DNA of 64,000 nucleotides from Escherichia phage RB16: sequence record NC_014467.1; one strand, 5' to 3'. The number at the start of each line of letters is the position of its first letter. Position 1 is the first letter of the stretch. The notes under the pieces are model-generated. The model worked only from the letters and a program-made list of their open reading frames with translations. It made no database searches and was not told the origin of the DNA. Position numbers and translations under genes: made by a program. Positions 29,689 through 37,732 of this stretch are shown piece after piece.

Positions 29689-30192
29689 ATGGCTACTGAA
29701 AAATGGACTACGGTTCACCCTATCCCGTGGCGTAACACCAGCTTTACCTATCTTCCGTGGTGGATCTATGATATCATTGTTGCTGCTAATACGGCAGGTG
29801 GAGATTGGCGTGATTACGCAGAAGAAAAATATGCGAAAGAATTCGACACGCTGAAACAAGCATATATCGACTATACCGATGTTGATTTCATCGAATCTCG
29901 CAACGGCTACCTGTACAAACTCAGTGATTTTACTCCGGCTGATCCGGTTGTTACTATCACCCCGAAAACTGCCCCTGCTGATTTTAAAGTAGGCGATCCT
30001 GACCTTGCTGCAACCGATCTGTTTACTATCGATCCGAGCGGTACGGCTATGACTCTGACTGTGGATTCCTCTGGTCATGCGTCGATCGTTGGCGGTAAAC
30101 TCCACGCTGTAAGCGCTGGTGATGTTGTTGTAACTGCGACCTCCGGTTCTGTTACTGCAAACCTGACTGTAAATGTTAAAGTTGCTCCATAA
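29689..30192 (+). CDS. Late-expressed protein with C-terminal bacterial Ig-like (Big_2-type) domain; candidate virion decoration protein
   Basis: 167 aa; N-terminal PWWIYD motif; C-terminal TVDSSGHASIVGGKLHAVSAGDVVVTATSGSVTANLTVNV resembles Big_2; late promoter upstream. Confidence 0.45.
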   Translation: MATEKWTTVHPIPWRNTSFTYLPWWIYDIIVAANTAGGDWRDYAEEKYAKEFDTLKQAYIDYTDVDFIESRNGYLYKLSDFTPADPVVTITPKTAPADFKVGDPDLAATDLFTIDPSGTAMTLTVDSSGHASIVGGKLHAVSAGDVVVTATSGSVTANLTVNVKVAP

Positions 30193-30207
30193 CTAAGAAG
30201 GTAAAAC

Positions 30208-30708
30208 ATGCTTCTATTCGAATTCAATGATGTATTCTCGAAGTTTAGTGATGCAATTCAGGCAAAATTCGGCAAACGTCCCGAAAACATGACAGAAACA
30301 GAATACAATACTGCTGTTTCGTCCCTGGTTCGTACAGATTTCTATGAAAAGCTGGCGATCGAGGTTTTGGGCTGGGATATGATGAAATGGGGTATGACTT
30401 ATCGCGATCGCGAAGTCGGTTTTATTCTCGTCAACGAGGTTAAAAGCCCGTTGTGGGTGAATAACCAAAAAATTGCATACATGGATAAAGTGTGTGCGGA
30501 AATGGGTATTGTACGTCTGGATTTCTGGATGTGTAAAGATCTGAATGAACTGAAAGGCCATGCTTATCGATGCCCTCTGATTTCTCGCAACGAGAAACAT
30601 CGTCAAGCATGGGATAGCGCTGGCAAGTATCGCAGTGTATATCTGAATGATGACATGAACATCACTATCCAGGATGTGAACCGCGCCTTTGCGGATTACA
30701 CACCATAA
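30208..30708 (+). CDS. Hypothetical protein
   Basis: 166 aa ORF; ends at a bidirectional terminator. Confidence 0.4.
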   Translation: MLLFEFNDVFSKFSDAIQAKFGKRPENMTETEYNTAVSSLVRTDFYEKLAIEVLGWDMMKWGMTYRDREVGFILVNEVKSPLWVNNQKIAYMDKVCAEMGIVRLDFWMCKDLNELKGHAYRCPLISRNEKHRQAWDSAGKYRSVYLNDDMNITIQDVNRAFADYTP

Positions 30709-30713
30709 ACAAA

Positions 30714-30742
30714 AAAGGGAACCGCAATGGTTCCCTTTCTTT
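30714..30742. terminator. Bidirectional hairpin terminator between convergent genes
   Basis: aagggaaccgcaatggttccctt flanked by A-run and T-run. Confidence 0.6.
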
Positions 30743-31205
30743 TTACAGCTTTCTAACTTCTTTCAACGCTTCTTCTTTGCTACCAACGAAGAGGATCGCT
30801 TTTCCTCCCGCTTTCCTGAAAGGTAATACTGCTTTCGCTCTGTCATCGAACAGTACACCCTGACTTGCATAGGCTGCTTTTTCGCCGCTGCTTTTGGTGT
30901 AGTGGAATTCAGGCAGATACCCAAACAGTTTAACAAGCGCTTTACGTTTTTGTTCTGCAACTTTTTCGGAATTGTATTTACCGACACTGGTCAAGATCGC
31001 AACCTCGCCTAATGTTCTCATATGACAGAACAGCGCAACACCCTCTTCAATCGGTTTTAAATTTTCGTAGAAGTCGGTTTTAGATATTGCCTCTTTTGCC
31101 TTTTTGAGTTCATCCTCTGGCATTCTTGCCGGATCACCATACATCGGTATGAAAGAACCTTCCCAATCGAACAGTACACCATCCATATCAAAGAAAAAAT
31201 TTCAT
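30743..31205 (-). CDS. HAD-superfamily phosphatase (5'(3')-nucleotidase / polynucleotide-phosphatase-like); 5' end shows a one-nucleotide frame offset
   Basis: Track ORF 30743..31186 begins MDGVLFDWEG and therefore lacks the nucleophile Asp of the DxDG motif. An ATG at 31205 with a GAGGA SD sits in the +1 frame and reads MKFFL-stop across a T6 run; removing one T gives MKFFFDMDGVL. Confidence 0.55.
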
Positions 31206-31254
31206 ATCAATTCCTCGCTTTGTGTGTGCATCATATTCATATATGTTCTCATTG

Positions 31255-32088
31255 TCAACCCCATGTGTCTGTTTTAGGTGCGTATGCTGCAACTTTAGCC
31301 ACTAATTCCTTATCAAGCTGATCGATAGATTTCTGTGCTTTGCCTTTTGCCTTAACTTTGATGTAGTTAGACTTGACAACGAACATACCGCCTTTGTCAG
31401 ATTTCTTGATTTCGCTATCGATACCAACTTTGTTAAAGCTGATCCAGATATCACCATCCATGTATTGTTTCAGTGAATCACCCATGTTCAGGATCTTAGC
31501 CATAGTAAGCGCTGCTCCTTCGTGGGTATCCATAAGGATCTCTTTAGGAACCACACGGTCACGTTTCAGGTTCTGCTGCATAGCAATATGAACATCGTTC
31601 ATTACCCAAACGATATGGATGTTTTCTTTATGATATCCCAGCGTTTCAACGTCACGGGCAATGCTTGCCAGCTTGCTCATGCTTTTTAGGGTAACGTCGA
31701 AAATCAGGTTTGGTTTGCGGTCTTCTGGTGCTGCTGCAATACCAGCATAAACACGCGCCTGGTTTTTGTTGGATACGTTGAAAACGTCTGCGATCACATG
31801 ATGCAGGGTTGCCACGTTATCCGGGTTTTTCAAGTTCATGGTTTTAACATCATGACCAGTTTTAGCTTTGATTTCTGCCGCCAGTTTGGTGCTACCCATT
31901 ACCAGCTTTTTCAGTGCGTCAACGTCCAGTGTGATTCCTTCGATACCTAACAGTTTTTCGAGGGTAAAACCTTTACCGGAACCCGCACCGCCAGCCAGGA
32001 TCACAACCTGACCAAATTTAGGATATGCCTTGCCGCCAAACGTAATCAACGCTTCGTCAAGGGATACAAAGTCTTTGAATGATTTCAT
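31255..32088 (-). CDS. P-loop kinase with NMP-kinase-like Walker A; putative nucleotide/polynucleotide kinase
   Basis: 277 aa; LAGGAGSGKGF resembles the adenylate/UMP-CMP kinase P-loop GxPGxGKG; immediately upstream, on the same strand, of the HAD phosphatase. Confidence 0.45.
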   Translation of the reverse strand: MKSFKDFVSLDEALITFGGKAYPKFGQVVILAGGAGSGKGFTLEKLLGIEGITLDVDALKKLVMGSTKLAAEIKAKTGHDVKTMNLKNPDNVATLHHVIADVFNVSNKNQARVYAGIAAAPEDRKPNLIFDVTLKSMSKLASIARDVETLGYHKENIHIVWVMNDVHIAMQQNLKRDRVVPKEILMDTHEGAALTMAKILNMGDSLKQYMDGDIWISFNKVGIDSEIKKSDKGGMFVVKSNYIKVKAKGKAQKSIDQLDKELVAKVAAYAPKTDTWG

Positions 32089-32120
32089 CTTAGAACTCCA
32101 GGGTTATTTTAATATATTTA

Positions 32121-32150
32121 TTGACACCGTTTATTGGTTGGGTTTATAGT
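32121..32150 (+). promoter_or_regulatory. Sigma70-like early promoter (TTGACA-N18-TATAGT)
   Basis: Hexamers at 32121-32126 and 32145-32150 in the divergent intergenic region upstream of the 32201 gene. Confidence 0.35.
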
Positions 32151-32200
32151 GAAGTTGTTCGACGGATAGGCCGGAAGAACTTTAACCATAAGGTAAAATC

Positions 32201-33106
32201 ATGAAAATGCAATTGAATCACTTCATCAAATCCGCTGCTGCTGGCGACCAATCAAAATACAAATCAAACCGCAATCATAGTCTGGATAAAGATTTTGCCG
32301 ACTTCCTGGGGTTCAAACGTTGGCATACTCCGGTTATGCGTCCAGACTGCGATCCCAAATACGATTACCCGCGTTGGGGCATGAGTCGTCACGCTGTCGT
32401 TAAAAACATCCGTGTAATGTCGTTCCGCAATCTGTATGGTAGCTGCATCATCGAAATTGCAAACGAGCGAGACATCATTCTTCCTAATGGATGGAAACTC
32501 GCTGATTTAGTAAAAACCCTGATCCAGATACGTAAAGAATATAAAAACGGGTACATCCGTTCTATGGAATCATTGGGGGCTTATAGCGGTGAAGACTATC
32601 GCGAATGGCAATCAGTTGCGAAATACCTGATCAACAGTGTGTTCGGTATTATTTGTAGCAAAGGATCTGCAATCAATCTTGGTGGTCATGAGGTGATTGC
32701 TCGTGCTCGTGAAAAGGTTGCCGAAGCTATAAACCAGATCATTGCTTCCGGTGGTACGGTTCTTCATGTGAACGTAGATGAAATCGCGTATGTTGGTAAA
32801 CAGGTTGATATTCCTAACGTTCATCACGAACGATTCAACAACGCCGTTTTCACTGGCTTCCGTGGTGCTATGTGGGGAGACCATGCCATTATAAGCGGCC
32901 CTGTTCCTACTCTTCGTTTTGATATGGATGATTGGGAACCTAGCAGACATTATCGCCTTTCTGATGAAGAACAACGCGCCTCTGCTCTGCGTATGATTGA
33001 TAGCCGTCGTGATCGATTGGTAAAAGAACTCAATGAGTACATGAACAAAACGAAAGAAGAAGTTTTACGTGAACTTAACGTTGACTGTGATTCCATTTCG
33101 TTGTAA
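32201..33106 (+). CDS. Hypothetical protein
   Basis: 301 aa ORF with SD; no motif I can assign. Confidence 0.4.
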   Translation: MKMQLNHFIKSAAAGDQSKYKSNRNHSLDKDFADFLGFKRWHTPVMRPDCDPKYDYPRWGMSRHAVVKNIRVMSFRNLYGSCIIEIANERDIILPNGWKLADLVKTLIQIRKEYKNGYIRSMESLGAYSGEDYREWQSVAKYLINSVFGIICSKGSAINLGGHEVIARAREKVAEAINQIIASGGTVLHVNVDEIAYVGKQVDIPNVHHERFNNAVFTGFRGAMWGDHAIISGPVPTLRFDMDDWEPSRHYRLSDEEQRASALRMIDSRRDRLVKELNEYMNKTKEEVLRELNVDCDSISL

Positions 33107-33134
33107 GCTGTAGTCTCTAAACAAGGAGATACAC

Positions 33135-33452
33135 ATGAAAACTATTCACTGTCGCGAAGAACACACTGTTTATTACCACGGATCGTGTACTGCTGCTGGG
33201 ATTGAAAGCATGTTGTTACCTCCTTGTGCGTCTGAAACTCTGTCAGAGAAAGGCAGAAAGAAAAACTTAGACCGTGTTTTCTTCACCGCTGATATAGGTT
33301 TAGCCCGTATCTATGCTGGAAGGGCTGCACGGTCAATAGGTGGCGATCCGGTACTGTATCGGGTTGTGTGTCCGGTTGACGCGGTATGTATGAACGACGA
33401 CAAAGGCGCGAGTGTTTATCATGCTGCATGGGCTTTTTGTGAGGAAATATGA
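33135..33452 (+). CDS. Hypothetical protein
   Basis: 105 aa ORF with GGAGA SD. Confidence 0.3.
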   Translation: MKTIHCREEHTVYYHGSCTAAGIESMLLPPCASETLSEKGRKKNLDRVFFTADIGLARIYAGRAARSIGGDPVLYRVVCPVDAVCMNDDKGASVYHAAWAFCEEI

Positions 33453-33616
33453 ATGATCGTGTTTTAGCAATTCTCGTTTTCCTTCTGGGGTATCGGGTTG
33501 AAGTATTGGGTTGGTATATGGCGCTTAATGGTGATCTGACCGCAATTTGGATGGTTTCATTAGGCATTCTGTTTACTTTCTTATCGTGTGATATCGACAA
33601 TAGGGCTACCCAATGA
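33449..33616 (+). CDS. Small hydrophobic protein (about 55 aa, two predicted membrane-spanning stretches); not in the ORF track
   Basis: ATG at 33449 overlaps the upstream stop (ATGA) and its stop overlaps the next gene's ATG at 33613 (ATGA); translation MNDRVLAILVFLLGYRVEVLGWYMALNGDLTAIWMVSLGILFTFLSCDIDNRATQ. Confidence 0.4.
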   Translation: MNDRVLAILVFLLGYRVEVLGWYMALNGDLTAIWMVSLGILFTFLSCDIDNRATQ

Positions 33617-33939
33617 AACTATTTTATGTAGTGTATAGCGGTATGGTTAATGTTGATGTTCCCTTGCTTTCCGTCGAAACGATTGATACACTCGAAGGGA
33701 AGATCGGAAAACGTTTTAAAACTACCGTATCAGAAATCAGTACGGTGTTTGTTGACCATCCGTCAGATCTGGAAAATTTAATCAACACTCTCGATGATTT
33801 GCAAATCCCGTTTGCTGAAATTTATCATCACCAATCGGGGCTGTATTTGATTGTGACATTTGTTCTAAAAAATGTTGACAGCAGAAATCCAGAAGTGCTA
33901 GATTTTATCCGTAACATTGATTCAAATAAAGGAAAGTGA
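33613..33939 (+). CDS. Hypothetical protein
   Basis: 108 aa ORF, translationally coupled to its neighbours. Confidence 0.3.
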   Translation: MKLFYVVYSGMVNVDVPLLSVETIDTLEGKIGKRFKTTVSEISTVFVDHPSDLENLINTLDDLQIPFAEIYHHQSGLYLIVTFVLKNVDSRNPEVLDFIRNIDSNKGK

Positions 33940-34280
33940 TTATGAAAATCGTTCAGCGTAATATCAGCGAAGTTAGCCAGGAAGAAAAAGTTCAGATCCA
34001 TTTCAAATTCAATGATCTGAAACGTGGTTATGCAGAAATTGCCCGTGTTCATAAGTTGGACAATGGCGACATTTATATGATTGTCCAGGAAATTGAACGA
34101 ATCCGCGCTTTCCGTGCCGAAAACCCGAAAGTAAAACGTGTTCTTCGTCGTGTGTATGTGAATAAACATCGTAAAGCTGCGAAACCAGTTAAACCAAAAC
34201 GCGAACCGCGTCCAGACAACAAACGCAAAGCAATTAACGGCGCTATGGCGTTGGCTTTCCAGGAAGCAGGTTTAGTGTAA
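33936..34280 (+). CDS. Hypothetical protein with basic C-terminal tail
   Basis: 114 aa; C-terminus K/R/P-rich (KPVKPKREPRPDNKRK). Confidence 0.35.
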   Translation: MIMKIVQRNISEVSQEEKVQIHFKFNDLKRGYAEIARVHKLDNGDIYMIVQEIERIRAFRAENPKVKRVLRRVYVNKHRKAAKPVKPKREPRPDNKRKAINGAMALAFQEAGLV

Positions 34281-34289
34281 GGGGTTAAC

Positions 34290-34817
34290 ATGAGTCGTAG
34301 AAATATGGAACGCTGGAATACTATTGTAACCAGCAGTATCAAACCTGTTGCGCCAGCGTTCAAGGAAGTTGTAGAAGAAACTCCGGTTAAAACACAGACT
34401 GTTGTATCTTTGAGTGAAGATGATTTAGAGCACCGTCGCCGTGCGAATCAAATTGAATTCGATCTGCGTATTGCTCGTTCATACAACAGCAAAAACGATG
34501 ATGCGCGTAGTCGTAACCTGCAATTTGCTCTTACGTTGGGCGATTGGACTGTGTTAATGAGTCAAACTACTTGTGCGTATTCCGGCAAGGTGTTTAGCAC
34601 TCGCGGAGACAGCCCGAACTCTCGAACGATGGAACGTATTAACCCTATGTTGGGCTATACCCCAGAAAACACGATCGCAGTGACAAAAGCCGCTAACAGT
34701 GAAAAATCATCACTCGACGCGTTCATGAAGGGTTCTGTAATCCTTCCAGAAGTAAAACTGAAACTGTTACGCAAAGCCGCGTACCAAATTGAAAAACAAC
34801 TGAAAATTAAAGGTTAA
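34290..34817 (+). CDS. Hypothetical protein with HNH-like arrangement (uncertain)
   Basis: CAYSGK ... ERINP ... N...V...N.EK spacing resembles an HNH His-Me finger, but with Glu where the first His would be. Confidence 0.3.
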   Translation: MSRRNMERWNTIVTSSIKPVAPAFKEVVEETPVKTQTVVSLSEDDLEHRRRANQIEFDLRIARSYNSKNDDARSRNLQFALTLGDWTVLMSQTTCAYSGKVFSTRGDSPNSRTMERINPMLGYTPENTIAVTKAANSEKSSLDAFMKGSVILPEVKLKLLRKAAYQIEKQLKIKG

Positions 34818-34821
34818 TATT

Positions 34822-35865
34822 ATGTTTGTGAAATATTCTTCTCTTACGAACCATTATGAAGGTAAATTCATCAATGGTGTGATCATGAATGGTTTGACGG
34901 GCGGTGTGTGGGTTGCTCGTGAAAAGATCCACGGTGCAAACTTTAGTCTGATGACTTCTGACGGAGAAAAGGTTATTCCGGCAAAACGTAGCGGTGAAAT
35001 CCTCCCTACTGAACAGTTTTACGGTTGTGAACCTGTTGTTGCTCGATATGCCCCAGCAATCCGTAAACTGTGGGATGCCCTCAATACTGCACAGCAGGTT
35101 AGCGGGATTTACGATGCGCCGCTGGTAATTCAGGTATACGGAGAATTCGCAGGGCGTGGTGTTCAGAAAGATGTTGACTACGGTGAAAAAGATTTCTACG
35201 TGTTTGATATCCGTGTGAATGGTAATTTCCTACCTGATAACGTTGTTGCGACCTATGCCGTTGCTGTTGGTTTGAAAATGGCCCCGCTGTTAGCATACGG
35301 CACTTTTGACGAGATCCGAGCACTTCCGATCACGTTTGATTCAGTGGTTAACCTGGCGAACTCCGGCGCGATTCCTGCACATAACGGGGTTGAACCTGAA
35401 TTCAAAAACTTCATGACGCTGAAAGATGGTGAAGGTGAGAACATCGCAGAAGGTTTCGTAATGAAGCCCGTACACCCTGCTTTCATGCCGAACGGTGACC
35501 GTGTTGCAATCAAATGCAAAACGACGAAGTTTAGCGAGAAGAAAAACAAACAAGCGAACCGCTTCAATGCTCCGGCTGAACTGTCGGAAAATGATAAAGT
35601 TAAACTGGATGTGTTCACCTGCTACCTGACAGAAAACCGCGTTAAAAACGTCCTGTCTAAAATTGACAGCGCGAACCTTACCGCGAAAGACTTCGGTCGC
35701 GTCATGGGGCTGACTGTACAGGATGCTCTTGAAGAAATCGAACGCAACTACGGACCGTTTATCGAACAGTTTGAAAACCCGACGCTGGCGAAGAAAACTT
35801 TCACCAACGAAGCCTCAAGCCTGATTCGTACAAACTGGGGCGCAATCCTGAACAATGAATTTTAA
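34822..35865 (+). CDS. rnlB: RNA ligase 2 (Rnl2)
   Basis: 347 aa; matches T4 Rnl2 as recalled: MF.KYSSL.NHY..KFI, LTGG.WVAREKIHG.NFSL (lysine nucleophile motif KIHG), VDYGEKDFYVFDI, NGNRVAIKCK..KFSEKK, DFGRVMGLTVQD.LEE. Confidence 0.9.
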   Translation: MFVKYSSLTNHYEGKFINGVIMNGLTGGVWVAREKIHGANFSLMTSDGEKVIPAKRSGEILPTEQFYGCEPVVARYAPAIRKLWDALNTAQQVSGIYDAPLVIQVYGEFAGRGVQKDVDYGEKDFYVFDIRVNGNFLPDNVVATYAVAVGLKMAPLLAYGTFDEIRALPITFDSVVNLANSGAIPAHNGVEPEFKNFMTLKDGEGENIAEGFVMKPVHPAFMPNGDRVAIKCKTTKFSEKKNKQANRFNAPAELSENDKVKLDVFTCYLTENRVKNVLSKIDSANLTAKDFGRVMGLTVQDALEEIERNYGPFIEQFENPTLAKKTFTNEASSLIRTNWGAILNNEF

Positions 35866-36439
35866 AACTGTTCTCGAAAACGCAAAAACGGCTACCCTGA
35901 TCGGTAGCCGTGAACCCCCCGAACGTATAGCAAACATCGCTATCAAGATCGGACGTGCATTAAGTGATCGAGGTATTTTAGCTTATTCTGGTGGTGCTCC
36001 TGGAATGGATAGCCATTTCTTGTTTGACTACGCACCAGAAAGACGGCGCATAATTCTCCCTGAAAACGGTTTTAACGGGCTTTGCTCGAATGGTATGGAT
36101 ATTATCGACTATAACGAGTTAGACACGTACAAAGCCGCTGATGAAGCGAGAAAGGTATCTGGGAACTTCGATTACCAAAACGAATGGACACAAAGGCGTT
36201 ATGCGAGAAATGCAGTTCAGATATTGCGCGAAAATTTAGACAGCCCGACTGACTTCGTGTTATTTTGGGCTATCGAAAAGGATTTTTGTGTCAAGGGCGG
36301 TACGGCTATCGCAACACGCCTTGCACGATTATACGGTGTTCCCAGTTTCAACCTGTGGAAAGAAAACGTATTGAATGATGTTTGTGATACTTTGGGGATT
36401 AATATCAAACCTCCAACTTTGGATTTTCTCTGGTGCTAA
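35855..36439 (+). CDS. DprA/Smf-like Rossmann (SLOG superfamily) protein
   Basis: 194 aa; TATLIGSREPP....IG..LSDRGILAYSGGAPGMD resembles the DprA/SLOG nucleotide-binding core (.GSR....G.....A..G....SG.A.G.D); overlaps the rnlB stop by 11 nt. Confidence 0.45.
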   Translation: MNFKTVLENAKTATLIGSREPPERIANIAIKIGRALSDRGILAYSGGAPGMDSHFLFDYAPERRRIILPENGFNGLCSNGMDIIDYNELDTYKAADEARKVSGNFDYQNEWTQRRYARNAVQILRENLDSPTDFVLFWAIEKDFCVKGGTAIATRLARLYGVPSFNLWKENVLNDVCDTLGINIKPPTLDFLWC

Positions 36440-36460
36440 CTCCCGAACAATCACGTAATT

Positions 36461-36934
36461 ATGAACGCCTCTCAGTTGAAGAGGCACTTAAAAAGGTTAA
36501 GAACAATGGTAGAGATCAACGGAATCGGGGTGAACCCGAACGCGGGAATGACAATTTCAAAGAACGATCCTCGTTGCGGTCGTAGTCCTACGCTGGCAGA
36601 ACGTGCGCGTAAGCTGGTAGAGGAAACAAACGGCAAGATGTTTGAAACATGCCGTGAAGAAATCACCCGCAATATTCTAAGTTTCCCAACAAAACAATCA
36701 TACACGTTTGATATGAAACGTTTTGTTGGTACGACGATGGGGCAAGAATGCACCAAACGTGCGTTTGATATGATCGGGGAATGGCTGACCGAAGAAGGTT
36801 TAACCTATGAAACCCAGGCAGGAAGAACGTCTGTCGCAATACAATACGCAATGAGTAGTCGCCGTATTTCAGGAAGCACTACCGTACCTGAAAGAACTGG
36901 GTATAGTGAATACACGTATTTCATCACCTGGTAA
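36461..36934 (+). CDS. Hypothetical protein
   Basis: ORF; the ATG at 36506 (MVEINGIG) has a better SD than the track start. Confidence 0.35.
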   Translation: MNASQLKRHLKRLRTMVEINGIGVNPNAGMTISKNDPRCGRSPTLAERARKLVEETNGKMFETCREEITRNILSFPTKQSYTFDMKRFVGTTMGQECTKRAFDMIGEWLTEEGLTYETQAGRTSVAIQYAMSSRRISGSTTVPERTGYSEYTYFITW

Positions 36935-36952
36935 AAAAGATTGAAATAGTTG

Positions 36953-36980
36953 TTGACGGGAGTTCTGATTATGATAAGAT
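36953..36980 (+). promoter_or_regulatory. Sigma70-like early promoter (TTGACG-N16-TAAGAT)
   Basis: Hexamers at 36953-36958 and 36975-36980 upstream of the 37022 gene; same -10 hexamer as the 45645 promoter. Confidence 0.35.
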
Positions 36981-37021
36981 AGCTCCCGTAGACAAGACAA
37001 CTAACCCAGAAGGAAAACATC

Positions 37022-37291
37022 ATGGAAATCAAATTAATCCCTACTTGCGCTGGTTACTGCTTGGCACTGAACGGTGTAGCAAACAACGGCAAAGGCTTAC
37101 GGGCTAACGTTGAAGCAATGCTGAATGAACTGGCGTTGCGGAGTGAACCTGGGATGCAGTATGAGTATGATGACGTTGCAACCAGCGTTAAAATCTCTAA
37201 TCTGGTAATGGATGGTGTTGACTGTGCGGGTTGGTGGGATTGCTACATCGACTATGCAGACAATCGGGTTTTCTTACTGACCAGCAACTAA
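37022..37291 (+). CDS. Hypothetical protein
   Basis: 89 aa ORF downstream of a promoter-like element. Confidence 0.35.
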   Translation: MEIKLIPTCAGYCLALNGVANNGKGLRANVEAMLNELALRSEPGMQYEYDDVATSVKISNLVMDGVDCAGWWDCYIDYADNRVFLLTSN

Positions 37292-37299
37292 GGAATGTT

Positions 37300-37710
37300 A
37301 TGAAAGATTATATTTCAGAAGCAGAAGCGCTTGAAGAAAGCGGTTTTCAAGTCACCATTGACGATGAAGAAGATGGTGGCTATGATGGCGGTGTTATGTG
37401 GGGGCTTAAACGTCCACAACGTAAAACTCCTGTTCAATATTCTGATGGTTCGGTAAGATACGAAACGGTTGTTAAAGAAGTAAACGGGCGCGTCATTACG
37501 TCCGAACGGCAGAAGGACATTAAACAGTTGTATGATGTCGCAAAAGCCGCTAAAGTAGGAACCGAGATTGTTTGTCCGGTGTGCAAAGAGAAACACAAGA
37601 AGACGACCTATCATAAGGTGTTCTGCTCTAATGGCAAAAAATCCAGGAAAGACTGTAAGAGTAAATACTGGAACACGATTCATCCTGAACGTTTGGATCG
37701 TATCTTTTAA
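37300..37710 (+). CDS. Hypothetical protein with C-terminal Cys cluster
   Basis: ATG at 37300 with AAGGAA SD (track start 37231 overlaps the upstream gene); CPVCKEKHKK...CSNGKKSRKDC. Confidence 0.35.
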   Translation: MKDYISEAEALEESGFQVTIDDEEDGGYDGGVMWGLKRPQRKTPVQYSDGSVRYETVVKEVNGRVITSERQKDIKQLYDVAKAAKVGTEIVCPVCKEKHKKTTYHKVFCSNGKKSRKDCKSKYWNTIHPERLDRIF

Positions 37711-37732
37711 TCAAAACGTGGAGTACGTTTAA

